DNA from: Folioceros fuciformis | Lineage: Eukaryota | Direction: 5' to 3' | Assembly: GCA_049999805.1 (NCBI GenBank) | Contig: JBNGIO010006336.1 | Coordinates: 1-64,000, forward strand | DNA length: 64,000 nt | In this document: positions 61,938 through 64,000 of the stretch, one piece after another | Position numbering within the stretch: position 1 is the first letter of the stretch | Layout of the letters: each line of letters begins with the position of its first letter | The notes under the pieces: generated by a model | What the model saw: the letters and a program-made list of their open reading frames with translations, nothing else | The model's database searches: none | Told to the model about the DNA's origin: nothing | Program-made: the position numbers and the translations under genes

Positions 61938-62800
61938 GTATGGAATACCGATGCGGACAGTGACTACATACATACTCATGTTTTTTTATTGGAATACGTA
62001 TTTTATACACAAATATATCATGGCATCTAAGGAATATTCGTCTACTCTACCTTGCCACATCATCCAACCCTACATATAGACATATAGACCGTAGAGTAAA
62101 TTTTTTTAATTATCTCTAACTGCTTTGTGCATCGAAAGGGACACAATCTTTGAAGAATCGTCTCGGGACGATTCTTTAACGAGCAGCGCATCTCGCGTAG
62201 GGACCCCCGCTATGGAGTAGATTCCGATGGTGGGTGTGCCTTCGTTGCATGGATTGTGCTCTTCTCCCTTGCTTTTCCACCCTGCCGCCTTCCAGAACCA
62301 GAAATGCAGCGTTAGGTTGCTTCCGGGACCTCAGTTTTGCTTTGGTATGCTTGGTTTGGCTGCAAGCAACCGTGGCGTTCAGAGGTTTCGAGTTGCCAAT
62401 GCGCGGAATTTGATGTCCGGGTGCTTGGTAACAGGCTAACACCGAAGCGTGGTTCTACAATCATGAGGGAGTGAGGACCAGACCACCTGGCATCAATTCC
62501 GCCCCAACCGGCCGGTTTCTGCCGAGCACTTGCAAGGTGATGATTTTCCCCCTCCTGGGCAGGCTTGGATCTCGGGGATGAGATTTGCAGCGGGAATGCT
62601 AGGGATTATGCCCAAGCTTTTGTTCTTGATGCGGTTTCGTGGCACCCTTTCCTGCAGCGCTGGAAATTCTCCTCTGGAAGCTAGACGCAGACACTTATTT
62701 GGACAACCCGGTGCTAGAGAGGATAAAAAAGGAGTGCGGGTACAAGCACTGGGTAAGTTGGAAGTGACAAGTTCGTGTTGTGCAGCATTGGAGCTTTCGG

Positions 62801-62940
62801 GATCTCCTCATCCGCTCTCGGCATCGATTTGAAAAATCAAGGGAGATTCCGAGATCTCCTCATTCGCTCTCGGCATCGGTTTGAAAAATCAAGGGAGCTT
62901 CCGAGATCTCCTCATCCGCTCTCTTTGGAAAAATCAAGGA
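62801..62940. repeat. About 50-bp tandem repeat, 3 copies
   Basis: gatctcctcat.cgctctcggcatcg.tttgaaaaatcaaggga is repeated. Confidence 0.85.
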
Positions 62941-63039
62941 GCAGGGCAGCCAGCTTAAAGACAGCCTTCTGTCGCTCATGTCAGGGATGGCCGATGGCAT
63001 GCCATGACCTGGATCACTTGGAGACGAGATGGACCGCGA

Positions 63040-63191
63040 CCGCGAGGAATAAAACACCTACTTTGTGCCCTATGACTGAAGGAGGCACAAGCATTATGTC
63101 CGTTATATTTGCACCGCGAGGAATAAAACACCTACTTTTTGTGCCCCATGACTGAAGGGGGCACAAGCATTATGTCCGTTATATTTGCACC
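63040..63191. repeat. 2x about 75-bp tandem duplication
   Basis: cgcgaggaataaaacacctacttt...gcacaagcattatgtccgttatatttgcac occurs twice. Confidence 0.9.
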
Positions 63192-64000
63192 ATATACCAC
63201 CGACCTAAAACTTCTATGAAAGAACCCCGTCCGTATCGATATTCCAGATTTGTGTCCCAGGCTAATTGTTGATTAAAATGTGTTGGAGAAGACGGGAGGG
63301 GCACAGGATGGGACAAGACGTAGACGGCACTGCACGGGAACGGAAAGGGACGGGCAAGGGTTCATGGGAGGGTTGGATTGGGGGGTTTCGGTTTGCATTA
63401 TCATGCATTTCGTGTCGCCTGCAGCGATCACCGCTGAACTGAGAGAGCTCTGGGAGGGTTGGATCGGGGGGTTCGGGTTTGCTGTATCACGCATGTCGTG
63501 TCACCTTCAGCAAGGTTTCGGACCTTTTTTTTCATGGACGATGGAGCATGTCCGTTGTGGGATTTTCCTTTGAACAACAACCATCTATTCGTCTTATGCG
63601 CCACAACGGCCATGTGTGGTGTGTTAAGAAAGAATTGACACCTCTCCTCTGTCCTCTGTGATATGCCATAGTGCTAACAAGTACATGGTCACAGATTTCC
63701 TCTGTCAAGTGTGATCACACGTAGCTCTAATACAACCAAAACAGAGAAAGCCTAAAAGTCGAGAGTTGATTGGCTTGCACGCACCTACACACAGCCCGAA
63801 AGTTGAGAAGTGTGACTGCCCCAGTTTCTTTACTTGATCAAGAGGTGCTCATTACCTGGTACGAGCTGTCTGCATTCAGCAACATAAAATGCACTCAACT
63901 CTGTTCTCAGAGAGTTGTACCTTTCACTTGCAACCTCCCGCTTCCGTGGTAGCCTCCCGCTTGACCAGTAACCTCCCTTTACCTTTAAATTGCCCTCCCT

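Overview
This is eukaryotic plant nuclear DNA: gene-dense, GC-rich, with short spliceosomal introns. It most likely comes from a non-seed land plant, probably a hornwort, inferred mainly from a DYW:KP/'DRH'-type PPR protein. Bases 1-45 kb hold about 12 genes: a J-domain protein, a DUF579 methyltransferase, an F-box protein, an RH41/DDX59-like helicase, an uncharacterised membrane-anchored protein, MINIYO/RPAP1, a 1352-aa PLS-PPR ending DRH, two paralogous ~94-aa zinc-finger microproteins, an HI0933 flavoprotein, a DAD1-like phospholipase A1, a GT90/CAP10 glycosyltransferase and a 4x CCHC zinc-knuckle protein. Bases 46-64 kb are mostly degraded transposons: an internally deleted Ty1/copia element with a solo LTR nested in its 3' LTR, further copies of that LTR family, a Ty3/gypsy integrase relic with a PHD finger, tandem repeats and a 100-N gap. 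The best novelty candidate is the pair of stand-alone genes encoding only a piggyBac-like Cys-rich zinc finger under strong purifying selection (15 synonymous and 0 non-synonymous changes over 44 codons). Exon boundaries were read by eye from GT/AG signals and frame continuity; family names come from motif recognition, not database searches.
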